Assembly (NCBI GenBank): GCA_013695595.1
Contig: JACDAE010000804.1
Location: forward strand, 2,764 to 66,763
DNA from: Ktedonobacteraceae bacterium
GTDB lineage: Bacteria > Chloroflexota > Ktedonobacteria > Ktedonobacterales > Ktedonobacteraceae
Direction: 5' to 3'
Length of the DNA stretch: 64,000 nucleotides
Below are positions 17,996 to 26,515 of the stretch, piece after piece. The position numbers were made by a program, and so were the translations under genes. Every line of letters begins with the position of its first letter. Positions within the stretch are counted from its first letter, which is position 1. Below the pieces are notes generated by a model. It worked only from the letters and a program-made list of their open reading frames with translations, did no database searches and was not told the origin of the DNA.

Positions 17996-18050
17996 CGCTT
18001 CGCTAGAAGGTTTACCAGCCTATTATAAAGGATATTTTTTCGTCCGTACC

Positions 18051-19175
18051 TTACCAGGGCTGAAACACCTCTTCTAATGCAATGACAGCGGCCTCCTTCG
18101 GCCACACTGTTTGGAGCTGGTTATAGCTCAACGCCAATTTATTAAAGTATAGGCGTGAACCGAGGTCTTTTGCCAAAAGCGCGGCTTCGGTCAGAATAGT
18201 ACTGCTTGGTTCTAACTCTCGCTGTTGTATTTGTACATCAGCTTGATAATACAGCATATCCAGACGCGTGATCGGTTCTTCCAGAGGGTCATTGGTTTCT
18301 GTTTGCATCGTAATGAGCGCGTTGTTTGCCTCTTTAGGTTGATGCAAAAACAGGCGTGATTGCGCATCGCCAAAGACGTAGAGTGCATAACGAGATGCAC
18401 GCAGGTAGGAATAGGCAGGGTCATTCTCTGGGCACATAGGGTAGTGTTCATACGCAAGCCCCATTGCTCGCATCGCTTCCTGAAGATCCTTGCGCATCGC
18501 ATAGACTTCAGCCAGACCCGCATACGAACGCCCCTTGAGAAGCGGAGTGACACGATGGTCATTGAAGAGAGAGATGGCTTGCTGAAAGGCATGTAGCGCC
18601 GCGACACTCAGCTTACGATGGAAGGCAAGATTTGCAATGCTGATCAAGGCCGCAACTTGCAAATTTACGTCATCGACGAGCTGTGCATAGAAGAAGGCTT
18701 GCTGCCCGGCCTGTTGTGCCGTGCCAAAGTCCTCACGATCGGTCGCAAGCTCACAGGCAAGGCGTTGGGCGTGCGACGCCAGCCGTACTGCTGAGCGTTG
18801 TAGTGGCGAGGAGGAGTCTTTGGCAAGAAGGGCTGTTTGCCCAACGTAGAGCGGGAGAATGGCCTCAACTTGTTGTGAGCTACCACCGTAATACAAATTC
18901 AGGCATGCATCGATGCCACGAGCATAAATGGCAAGCATGTCATCAGAGGCAATGTCAAGTAGCATTGAATGCTCGGTAACAGTTTTTTCCTCATAAATTT
19001 CTTCCTCTGATATCCCATAGGTATCACAGAGCCGTTGTACATTATAGCCATGTGGGCTTTGTGTGCCTTGCTCCCAGCGACTCAGGGTATTGACGGATAC
19101 CCCAATGCGCTCTGATGCTTGTTCTAGCGTCCAATGGTTTGCGTTTCGTAGTTGTGCTAATCGCGACCGTACCAC
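18051..19175 (-). CDS. XRE-HTH regulator with C-terminal TPR-like domain
   Basis: WTLEQASERIGVSVNTLSRWEQG HTH; helical repeat C-terminus; GTG start after GGGGGAG. Confidence 0.75.
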   Translation of the reverse strand: MVRSRLAQLRNANHWTLEQASERIGVSVNTLSRWEQGTQSPHGYNVQRLCDTYGISEEEIYEEKTVTEHSMLLDIASDDMLAIYARGIDACLNLYYGGSSQQVEAILPLYVGQTALLAKDSSSPLQRSAVRLASHAQRLACELATDREDFGTAQQAGQQAFFYAQLVDDVNLQVAALISIANLAFHRKLSVAALHAFQQAISLFNDHRVTPLLKGRSYAGLAEVYAMRKDLQEAMRAMGLAYEHYPMCPENDPAYSYLRASRYALYVFGDAQSRLFLHQPKEANNALITMQTETNDPLEEPITRLDMLYYQADVQIQQRELEPSSTILTEAALLAKDLGSRLYFNKLALSYNQLQTVWPKEAAVIALEEVFQPW

Positions 19176-19244
19176 ATCTCCCCCTCATTTTCAACTGCTG
19201 TTCTCTGTCATGAGAACAGCAGCTTGCGTTATTGGTGTCTAAGC

Positions 19245-19463
19245 TCATTGCAGCTCAATTGATACAAACCGTGTTCGGTTCCATACTACAATCTCATAGC
19301 CCTGGTGACCCTGTGTTATATGTTGCATTGTAAATATCCACATGCGTATAGGGAGATGGCTGGGTAATTCTATCTTGCCTTCTGAGAGTTTTTCATTGAG
19401 ACGCCAATCGGTGCCTCGACTTGCTCTCGCTACTTGTGCTGCTTGAGTATCTGTGCTATCCAT
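19245..19463 (-). CDS. hypothetical protein
   Basis: 72-aa ORF with AAGGAG SD. Confidence 0.5.
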   Translation of the reverse strand: MDSTDTQAAQVARASRGTDWRLNEKLSEGKIELPSHLPIRMWIFTMQHITQGHQGYEIVVWNRTRFVSIELQ

Positions 19464-19515
19464 ATAGGCACATACTCCTTTCTCTTGGTTTCAACCGACG
19501 TTGCACCATACAACT

Positions 19516-19848
19516 TTATAGAGCTTCTTTGTATTCTTGAGTACTCTCAACTTTTTGGCGTCGTCCAGCGCCTCGCTTTGGAGCGAGAGGAAGCCGGAAG
19601 ATAGGAGGATAGGAATACTTACTGTAGCGAGGGTTCGTGGTATCGATATCCTCTGCTGCAATATGTCCCACTTTGACATGCTGGCGTATGGCCGTCGCGT
19701 TGTACGCATACTCAACCTGATATTCATGCTTTGCACGCCAGGTGAGTATTTTTGCAGCCTCACGACCATCCACCTTCCCATTTTCAGGCGCAATGTGAAG
19801 CTCTTGCAGTATCTGCGCCATTTCTTCCTCTGTATAACTTGTTGCCAT
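19516..19848 (-). CDS. hypothetical protein (possible DNA-binding switch protein)
   Basis: 110-aa ORF with GGGAG SD, divergent from 20032 gene across repeated 11-mers. Confidence 0.5.
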   Translation of the reverse strand: MATSYTEEEMAQILQELHIAPENGKVDGREAAKILTWRAKHEYQVEYAYNATAIRQHVKVGHIAAEDIDTTNPRYSKYSYPPIFRLPLAPKRGAGRRQKVESTQEYKEAL

Positions 19849-19883
19849 AATCTCCCTCGTATTTTCTCCTACACCCTGAGATT

Positions 19884-19958
19884 ATACACGACATGAATCA
19901 AGTCTGCAAGAAATTGGTGCTAAAAACCTTGACATGTCGTGTATATGTCGTGTATATT
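19884..19958. promoter_or_regulatory. divergent control region: 11-mer ATGTCGTGTAT x3 plus TTGACA-18-TATATT promoter
   Basis: Inverted copy 19884-19894, tandem copies 19934-19955 between -35 (19929) and -10 (19953). Confidence 0.6.
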
Positions 19959-20031
19959 ATAGATATCAATGAGATACAAATAAACAGCGTCTAGTGAGAT
20001 CTCTCGCCAGACAATACAGAAGAAGGAGAAA

Positions 20032-20400
20032 ATGATTATGTACACGACATCTCACCACTCTGCTACCGCAGGTCGCCGCCATCAAAATCCTCGATGTACT
20101 TGCCCTCATTGTGCATTCTTTGATCAGAGTGTTACGCTTCCCATTTGCCCTCTGGCAAAGGGAGGTGTGATCATGACGGCGATTGATACCGAGACAAGCG
20201 GAACCTATACCTATTATTATGCTCAGGGAGTCTTACACCCACTGCCAGAAGAGCCTTCTCCCAGGCATACACCTGCGAAAAAAAGCGGGATGAAGCGTTC
20301 TTTTCGCACATTGCTGCACGATCTGGTTATGGAAACGATTGAGCAGAGTGTCAAAAGCCATCCGTTTTTCTGGTTGTGTGTTTCCAGTCTGCTTCGCTAA
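20032..20400 (+). CDS. hypothetical protein
   Basis: 122-aa ORF, strong SD GAAGGAG. Confidence 0.5.
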   Translation: MIMYTTSHHSATAGRRHQNPRCTCPHCAFFDQSVTLPICPLAKGGVIMTAIDTETSGTYTYYYAQGVLHPLPEEPSPRHTPAKKSGMKRSFRTLLHDLVMETIEQSVKSHPFFWLCVSSLLR

Positions 20401-20458
20401 CGTTCGCTTGGGCAGCCCTGGTGGTTCGACCCATTTCATACAAAGAGAAAGAAGGTGC

Positions 20459-20926
20459 ATGATGCGTAAGAGGCGTCGTTCTTACCACAGCTCATATCCA
20501 ACCTATCGCTCTCGCGTAGCTCGCCGAGAACATAATGGCTGCTTTTCTTCCGCCAAACGATTCCTGATGAATTTACTTACTGGCATGTTCTTCTTACTCT
20601 TTGCGATCCTGTTTGTGTGTTTTCTTCTTGCTCTATTGATGCACCTGCACCAGGTAGAAGAAATGGGTGTTCATGTCCTTTCGCTCATAACCATCTATGG
20701 CCCTTCTGCTCTCCTTCTGACTGTAATTATCACTGGGGTCTTTCTTGTTCTGGGGATCATTTACGGTATGGTCAAGGTTCTTGCCGCGATTTCGGAAACA
20801 CTTTCCTACGCATCTCTCGCTCATACCAAAGTGAAGCTGGAGAGAGCAAAGATTCACCGGCACAGGCAAGTGCGACCTCTTCCGAAACTCAGAAGCCCTG
20901 TGGGGAGGCATACTGTTGAGTGGTAG
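20459..20926 (+). CDS. Arg-rich membrane protein, paralog of N-terminal domain of FtsK/TraB-like protein
   Basis: MMRKRRRSY..., 3 hydrophobic segments, ...AISETLSYASLAHTKVKLERAKI aligns with 26516 ORF ...AISQWVSAASLARSKAKIERERV. Confidence 0.6.
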   Translation: MMRKRRRSYHSSYPTYRSRVARREHNGCFSSAKRFLMNLLTGMFFLLFAILFVCFLLALLMHLHQVEEMGVHVLSLITIYGPSALLLTVIITGVFLVLGIIYGMVKVLAAISETLSYASLAHTKVKLERAKIHRHRQVRPLPKLRSPVGRHTVEW

Positions 20927-20995
20927 ACGTTTTCGGTTGCTTTGTTTGGTACGCCGTCGGCATTACACGATTAGCACTACAGGGAAAGCGATCCA

Positions 20996-21044
20996 AAAAT
21001 ATTCCTGGGAATATAGCACATAGTTATATTCCCAGGAATATTTT
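20996..21044. repeat. perfect 20-bp inverted repeat AAAATATTCCTGGGAATATA / TATATTCCCAGGAATATTTT (9-nt loop)
   Basis: Read directly; each arm contains AATATTCC-NN-GGAATAT palindrome also seen at 29127. Confidence 0.8.
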
Positions 21045-21301
21045 GTGGTACATGATGTGAACCCTGCTCAGCATTTCCCTGCAACATCGTCAGAAATTGA
21101 GGTGTGTACCTCACATTGCGACGGCGAACACAATCTGCGATGTGTTGCTCTCAAATGTATGCGACTTCGCCTTGGTAATCCTTGATAAATTCCCCCTGAA
21201 AATTCGCTCTCAACAGGTATAGTTTTCTCAGGCTTCTGGTTATTTGTGTTAAGGCTCTCTGCTTAGCAAGCCTGATCGCCCTGGAGAAAGGACTGTTTTC
21301 T

Positions 21302-21451
21302 ATGATCCATGTATTGAATACACGTCGGATGTTTCTTCTGTTCATTTTACTTACTCTTCTCGTAGGTGTCCTCATCCTTGTCAGCTTGCTGCAGCCGGAG
21401 TTTCACGTGCTTGTTCAAGCAGCTACCCCACATATTATGTATGGGAATTAA
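21302..21451 (+). CDS. candidate small ORF (49 aa) with signal/TM-like segment
   Basis: Hand-translated MIHVLNTRRMFLLFILLTLLVGVLILVSLLQPEFHVLVQAATPHIMYGN; SD GGAGAAAGGA 8 nt upstream. Confidence 0.4.
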   Translation: MIHVLNTRRMFLLFILLTLLVGVLILVSLLQPEFHVLVQAATPHIMYGN

Positions 21452-21512
21452 ATCATAAAAGAGGATAGGGAGGTTAAACAGAGTAGGGGCCATATATCGT
21501 TCTCAAATGCCC

Positions 21513-24500
21513 CTACACGCCCCCTGCCTGTTTATCCATATCGGCTTTTTCATCCTTCACTATTTGAGCAGCCTCTTCCAGATACATCCTCCCACGCTGA
21601 ACACTTTCCTGATGCTCAGACAAATATTTGGCATAGCTTCGTAGTGTACTTGCGTATTCCAGGCGCATTCCAGCCTTGTTAAAAAGATGGAGCGCTTGTT
21701 CAAAATACTCTGATGGCCCCGAATGTATCGTTCCCAGCACACGGTATGCCAATCCAATGAGCCAGGTCAATTCAAAACGGAGAGCTTCTTCTAGTGCCTG
21801 CGTTGCAAGCAGCTTCGCTATGTCATTTTCCCCAAGCAAGAATACTACTTGTCCTAAGAAGATGTGTGCTTCGGTGCGTGTTTCAGCTTCGATCTCATCT
21901 AATTTGATTGCGGATTGTAACGCTCTCTTCGCTCGCATCAGAAAATGGAGAGAGAGCTGTTCTCGGCGATCCACGGAGAGTTCTTCAGCCGCTTCAAGCG
22001 CCAGGGCCTGCCTATAATGGAGCTTCCCTAAAGCTACTAATCCGAGACCAAGGCATGGCTGAATATGCATTCCTCTGCTGATAGATAAACAGCAATGTAT
22101 ATGGCTTCCTGCATCCTCGTAGTTTCCTTGTTGTTGCAATGTCTCGGCCAGGTGCCCGTGCAAGATACTCAGATACACTTGATCTTTGGCTTCCTGAGCA
22201 TAGGTAATTCCTTTGCGTAACCATTGCTCGGCTTCCGGCAACTTGCCCAGGCGAAGAGCAAGAATACCTAGATTTCCACATACGGCCCCAATCAGCGGCG
22301 TTTCTCCAATCTGTTCTCCAATCGTTAACGCTCGATGCAGAGCAACCTGCGCAGACTCGTGATCAGCTTTTCTGAGATATGCATCTCCAAGATTACAACT
22401 GATAACGGCGATATCCCTTTTGCTTTCGGACTGTTCAAATATTGCTAATGCTGTGTTCCAGTGCTCGATAGTTGCCACATACTGACCAGATCCATTGGTA
22501 ATGAGCCCTAATAAGAGATGGATACGACCGAGATTAATTGGATCTCCTGCGAGCGTCTGTCCTATAAGGGTTCGAGGTGAAGATATATCTATCTCTGTCC
22601 ATTTTCCTTGATGCTCTGATTCGAAGAGATGAAGTGCTTCGAGCGCTCTGGGAAGTGCCTCAGCGTAGTTCCCAGAGCGCCAGTAGACGTAACTTTGCCT
22701 ATACCGAAGATAGGCCAATGCAGGTCCATCAATGATGCCCGCACTGGAGAGTACCTGTTCACTCTGTTGGTAACATTCCAGGGCACGTACTAGTTTGCCA
22801 CCACTATACCAGGTAAAACCGATTTCGCACCAAAGTAACGCAGATCGCTGGAGTTCTTGTGGAGAGGCAGAAGTAGACCAGGTAGAACTGGTCTGTAATG
22901 CTTCCTCGTACCATCGGCGTGCATCTTCATATTTCCCCTGATACCGGGTACATTCTCCCAGCAACTCCAAAAGCGTGATCAGATGTTTCTGTTCCTCCAG
23001 AGACAATGGACACTGCCTCAGGTGGTCAAGCGCAATTCCATAGGCGCGTGCTGCATCAGGATAGGAGGAAAGGGTATATGCACGATTTCCGGCGATCTCT
23101 GCATAAGAGGCGATACGACGCGGTTCTCCACCTCCTCGCATCAAATGATACATAATACTATCCGCACCCTCTTCGCGGTTTTGGTACTTTTGGCAAAATA
23201 CGTCTGCTATGCGGCGATGAAAGCTTGCCTTGCGTGCCGCAGAGAGCTGTTCGTAAAGATGGCTGGCCAACAGCGGATGCCAGAAATGGTAGGTGATAGG
23301 TTGCTGAATCCCTTCTTCGGTCAGGAGACCCATCTGGAGGGCCTCTTCGAGAAGAGAGATTACCTGGTCTTCCGATTGATCCCCGGCGAGCGAACGCAAA
23401 ACATCCAACTCGAAGGTTCTGCCAAGGACAGCCGCTTTTCCCAGGAGAGCAAAACAGGCTGAACTTATTCCTTGCAAGCGATGGTCAAGCAAGGCAGAAA
23501 CGGTACGGGGTAAAGGGGGAAGAACCATTTCCCCTATCCGTTTCCAGTATTTTATGGTGTGGGCCAACTCTTCGGCGAAGAAGGGATTGCCAGCTGCACC
23601 TATGGACACTGCTTGTATCATCTCTGGTGTCCGTAAGACAGAGGAGACGAGCAGGTGGATCTGCTCGTTACTGAGCGGCGTGAGAAGCAGGATCTCGATC
23701 GAATGTTCGCGTTGCAGATCTGTGAGCAGCTTGCGGAGAGGATGGTGGACGTTCAACTCGGTATCTCGGCAGGTGCCAATGATCAGGATAGGGAAGTCCT
23801 GGATGCGGCGGGCCAGGTAGGCGAGTAAGTCGAGGCTGCTCGCGTCAGCCCACTGCAGATCGTCGAGCACGATGAGCAGTGGGGTTGCCCGGCTCAAGGC
23901 GACCAGTAACTCTAGTACTGCCTCCCATATGAGAAACGGTTCCTGTGGTAAAGAGATAGACTCATCAGCCATTTCAGGAAACAATGACTCAGGAAGGAGT
24001 GGGCGCAAATGCCGATAGAACTGAGGCAGGGTTTTATGTTCTTGTTGCTGCCACATCTGCTGGGTGACGACCTTGCGTAACACCTCAATCCAGGGACGGT
24101 AGGGGATAATACGTTCCTCAGGATAGGCACTGCCCCAGACTACCGTCCACTTCCTCCCTGCGACAAAACGTGCTCCCTCTTCCGCTAGGCGCGTCTTGCC
24201 CATACCCGCTTCCCCCTCTAGTAGGAAACAATGTTGGATTTCTGCAGGAAGGAGTGGCGGATGCTTGCTTTTTGCTGTACGTCGCTGCTTCTCCTCAATG
24301 CCCTGCAAACATGCCTGTAATCGCTTTAATTCTTGTTCGCGCCCAATGAGATGACTCTGGGGACTACGGCCAACCTGCTGTAGTAAAGGAGGGAGATTTA
24401 CGCCAATATACTTTTCTACGGTGTGATTGCCTTCTTTCCGACGGACAAACCAGTAGGGTCCATGCCCCTCCCCTTCTTCACGACATTTTTTGCAACGGGC

Positions 24501-24548
24501 CTTGCCACATTTAATGGTTTTTTGAAAATAGGTCGCTTGGTCATTCAT
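21513..24548 (-). CDS. STAND-type AAA ATPase with N-terminal zinc ribbon and C-terminal TPR array
   Basis: CGKARCKKC...GPYWF; Walker A GEAGMGKTRLAEE; Walker B LIVLDDLQWAD; about 550 aa of TPR-like repeats. Confidence 0.8.
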   Translation of the reverse strand: MNDQATYFQKTIKCGKARCKKCREEGEGHGPYWFVRRKEGNHTVEKYIGVNLPPLLQQVGRSPQSHLIGREQELKRLQACLQGIEEKQRRTAKSKHPPLLPAEIQHCFLLEGEAGMGKTRLAEEGARFVAGRKWTVVWGSAYPEERIIPYRPWIEVLRKVVTQQMWQQQEHKTLPQFYRHLRPLLPESLFPEMADESISLPQEPFLIWEAVLELLVALSRATPLLIVLDDLQWADASSLDLLAYLARRIQDFPILIIGTCRDTELNVHHPLRKLLTDLQREHSIEILLLTPLSNEQIHLLVSSVLRTPEMIQAVSIGAAGNPFFAEELAHTIKYWKRIGEMVLPPLPRTVSALLDHRLQGISSACFALLGKAAVLGRTFELDVLRSLAGDQSEDQVISLLEEALQMGLLTEEGIQQPITYHFWHPLLASHLYEQLSAARKASFHRRIADVFCQKYQNREEGADSIMYHLMRGGGEPRRIASYAEIAGNRAYTLSSYPDAARAYGIALDHLRQCPLSLEEQKHLITLLELLGECTRYQGKYEDARRWYEEALQTSSTWSTSASPQELQRSALLWCEIGFTWYSGGKLVRALECYQQSEQVLSSAGIIDGPALAYLRYRQSYVYWRSGNYAEALPRALEALHLFESEHQGKWTEIDISSPRTLIGQTLAGDPINLGRIHLLLGLITNGSGQYVATIEHWNTALAIFEQSESKRDIAVISCNLGDAYLRKADHESAQVALHRALTIGEQIGETPLIGAVCGNLGILALRLGKLPEAEQWLRKGITYAQEAKDQVYLSILHGHLAETLQQQGNYEDAGSHIHCCLSISRGMHIQPCLGLGLVALGKLHYRQALALEAAEELSVDRREQLSLHFLMRAKRALQSAIKLDEIEAETRTEAHIFLGQVVFLLGENDIAKLLATQALEEALRFELTWLIGLAYRVLGTIHSGPSEYFEQALHLFNKAGMRLEYASTLRSYAKYLSEHQESVQRGRMYLEEAAQIVKDEKADMDKQAGGV

Positions 24549-24739
24549 TGGTAGATCCCCTCTTTGTCATCGCACGCTCTCTAGATCTGTAGCCACTAGT
24601 ATAGTGGTCAAACGAAAGATCCGCAAGATTCACACAAGCCTCTCATTCCGTTGCGTCAGGAAGGCTGTTAGGAGAAGGCGTAAAGCCTCGCACCGTACAC
24701 TTTTTTTATAGCAGAGGGAAATAAATAAAGGAGGACGTT

Positions 24740-25744
24740 ATGACTCAAGCAACCATCGACCATCCCCTACAAAGGGACATACAGGCAAATCCAGAAACCA
24801 TCAACCTTGCGGAGCCAGGGAGCTTCTACCGCTATGAGATTAATCAATTTGATTTAATCGATTCGAAACAGGTTATTAACTTAGCACAAGAGATTGACCA
24901 TGCAAGAAAAACTCCGCAACGTACCCATAAGCGATTAGAGATGATGATTCAGGAAACACAAGAGGCAAAAGAGGCGAAGCAAAAATTGATCGAGAGCAAT
25001 CTTCGACTTGTCCTCTACGTTGCCAGGAAATATAAAGGCTTGAGTATCGACCTGATGGATCTTATCCAGGAAGGGAACCTGGGTCTCATGCACGCAGTTG
25101 AGAAATTCGACTATCGCAAAGGCTACCAATTTAGTACCTATGCGATGTGGTGGATTCGCCAGTATATTACACGTGCATTATCAGAGCAAATGGGAATAAT
25201 TTACGTTCCTTATTATAAAGTGGCTGCAAAGAAGCGCATGCAAAAACACCTTCAACAACAAAAAGATGCGCATGAGCCAACCATCGAAGATCTTGCACGT
25301 CAAATGGATATGAGTGTAGAACAGATCGCTGAATTACTCTCTACGGGCCAGGAAACGTTGAGCCTGGATCGGAAACGTACGATTGGCGACGATGAGGTAG
25401 CCATGGCTGATCTCATCGAAGATCTCGCGCAGACACCAGAACAGGTTACCTTGACCCACACGTTACAAGAGCAGTTACAGGAACTTCTCAAAACACTCCC
25501 ATTTCAAGAACGGCGAGTCCTTGAGCTGCGTTATGGTTTGCAAGGGAGCTATCCATGTGATGGGTTGGCCAGTCTCTTTGCAGAAGGCGATGAATTGGAT
25601 GATGGGCGTGAACATAGTTATCTAGAGATTGGCAAAGAACTCGGCCTGAGTCACGAAGCGATACGGCAGATAGAATTTCGCGCCTTGAGAAAGCTAGAGG
25701 CTCTTTGCCATGATTGCCGATTGCAAGATTTTTTATTCGAATAG
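24740..25744 (+). CDS. sigma-70 family RNA polymerase sigma factor (RpoD/SigA-like regions 1.2-4) with insertion in region 4
   Basis: LIESNLRLVLYVARKY...LIQEGNLGLMHAVEKFDYRKGYQFSTYAMWWIRQYITRAL; ...EAIRQIEFRALRKL; about 20-aa insert SYPCDGLASLFAEGDELDDGREH. Confidence 0.85.
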   Translation: MTQATIDHPLQRDIQANPETINLAEPGSFYRYEINQFDLIDSKQVINLAQEIDHARKTPQRTHKRLEMMIQETQEAKEAKQKLIESNLRLVLYVARKYKGLSIDLMDLIQEGNLGLMHAVEKFDYRKGYQFSTYAMWWIRQYITRALSEQMGIIYVPYYKVAAKKRMQKHLQQQKDAHEPTIEDLARQMDMSVEQIAELLSTGQETLSLDRKRTIGDDEVAMADLIEDLAQTPEQVTLTHTLQEQLQELLKTLPFQERRVLELRYGLQGSYPCDGLASLFAEGDELDDGREHSYLEIGKELGLSHEAIRQIEFRALRKLEALCHDCRLQDFLFE

Positions 25745-26038
25745 TGATGCTCGTCTACTAGGTAATACTGTCTCTTTTTTCTCAGAACTCGGTGCCTAAG
25801 AAGCGGCCATACTCAGGCGATGCTACCTCGTCAAGCAGTTAAGGGTCGAGTACCTCCTTGTGATCAGCAACCTCTCGGCTAGTCCCAATTGGTCAAGCAG
25901 GCACGCTGATTGGCCATAATCTTATGTAAGACCGGTATAAGAAAAAATAAAGACAAGCAAGGACAACGGTAAAGACATACTCAGTGAACACACGAAAATA
26001 CTCAAGGATAAAAGAATTTCCTTTTATGGAGAAACAGA

Positions 26039-26386
26039 ATGAAGCGTTTATTTGTAGGGCAAAACCAGGAGCTGCCAAGGGTGCTCAGGCTCCTATCAAC
26101 CCTTTTGCACCCTCGTGACAATTCACAAGCACTCTACTGCGGTATATGTACCTGTCGACTCACGCTAAAAACGACAACAGAGAACTATCGGGAGATTGTC
26201 AAACACTATCATTGTCCTCAATGCGCTAAAACCTACGAGGCACAATTTGCGCAGATAAGTATCCTCGTTGCGTCTGCTGGTGAACAGGACGTTGAACTTG
26301 CTCATGAATGTACCTTGTGTCACTCCCTCTATCAGGATGGTTTAGAGCACTGTTGTCATATTGATCAAATAACAAGGACATCCTGA
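26039..26386 (+). CDS. hypothetical Cys-rich protein
   Basis: CGIC...CPQC...CTLC motifs. Confidence 0.45.
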   Translation: MKRLFVGQNQELPRVLRLLSTLLHPRDNSQALYCGICTCRLTLKTTTENYREIVKHYHCPQCAKTYEAQFAQISILVASAGEQDVELAHECTLCHSLYQDGLEHCCHIDQITRTS

Positions 26387-26515
26387 TACCCTTGCTTTTG
26401 CTAACGATGCGCGAAGCTCAAGTGGATAGATGCAAGCCTTTGGTTAAGGCCGCTCAGAGTGTCCAATAGGTTTCTTCCTGCTTTTTTCTTTCATATTGTA
26501 GTATAAGGATGTGTT

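Noticed and set aside
20405-20435. GGTTCGA string suggesting a tRNA T-loop
   Set aside because: No flanking T-stem, acceptor stem or anticodon arm could be folded, and it lies in an ORF region.
21151-21375. ORF 21151..21375 (-), 74 aa
   Set aside because: It has no SD and is Arg-rich. It overlaps a + strand 49-aa ORF that has a strong SD.
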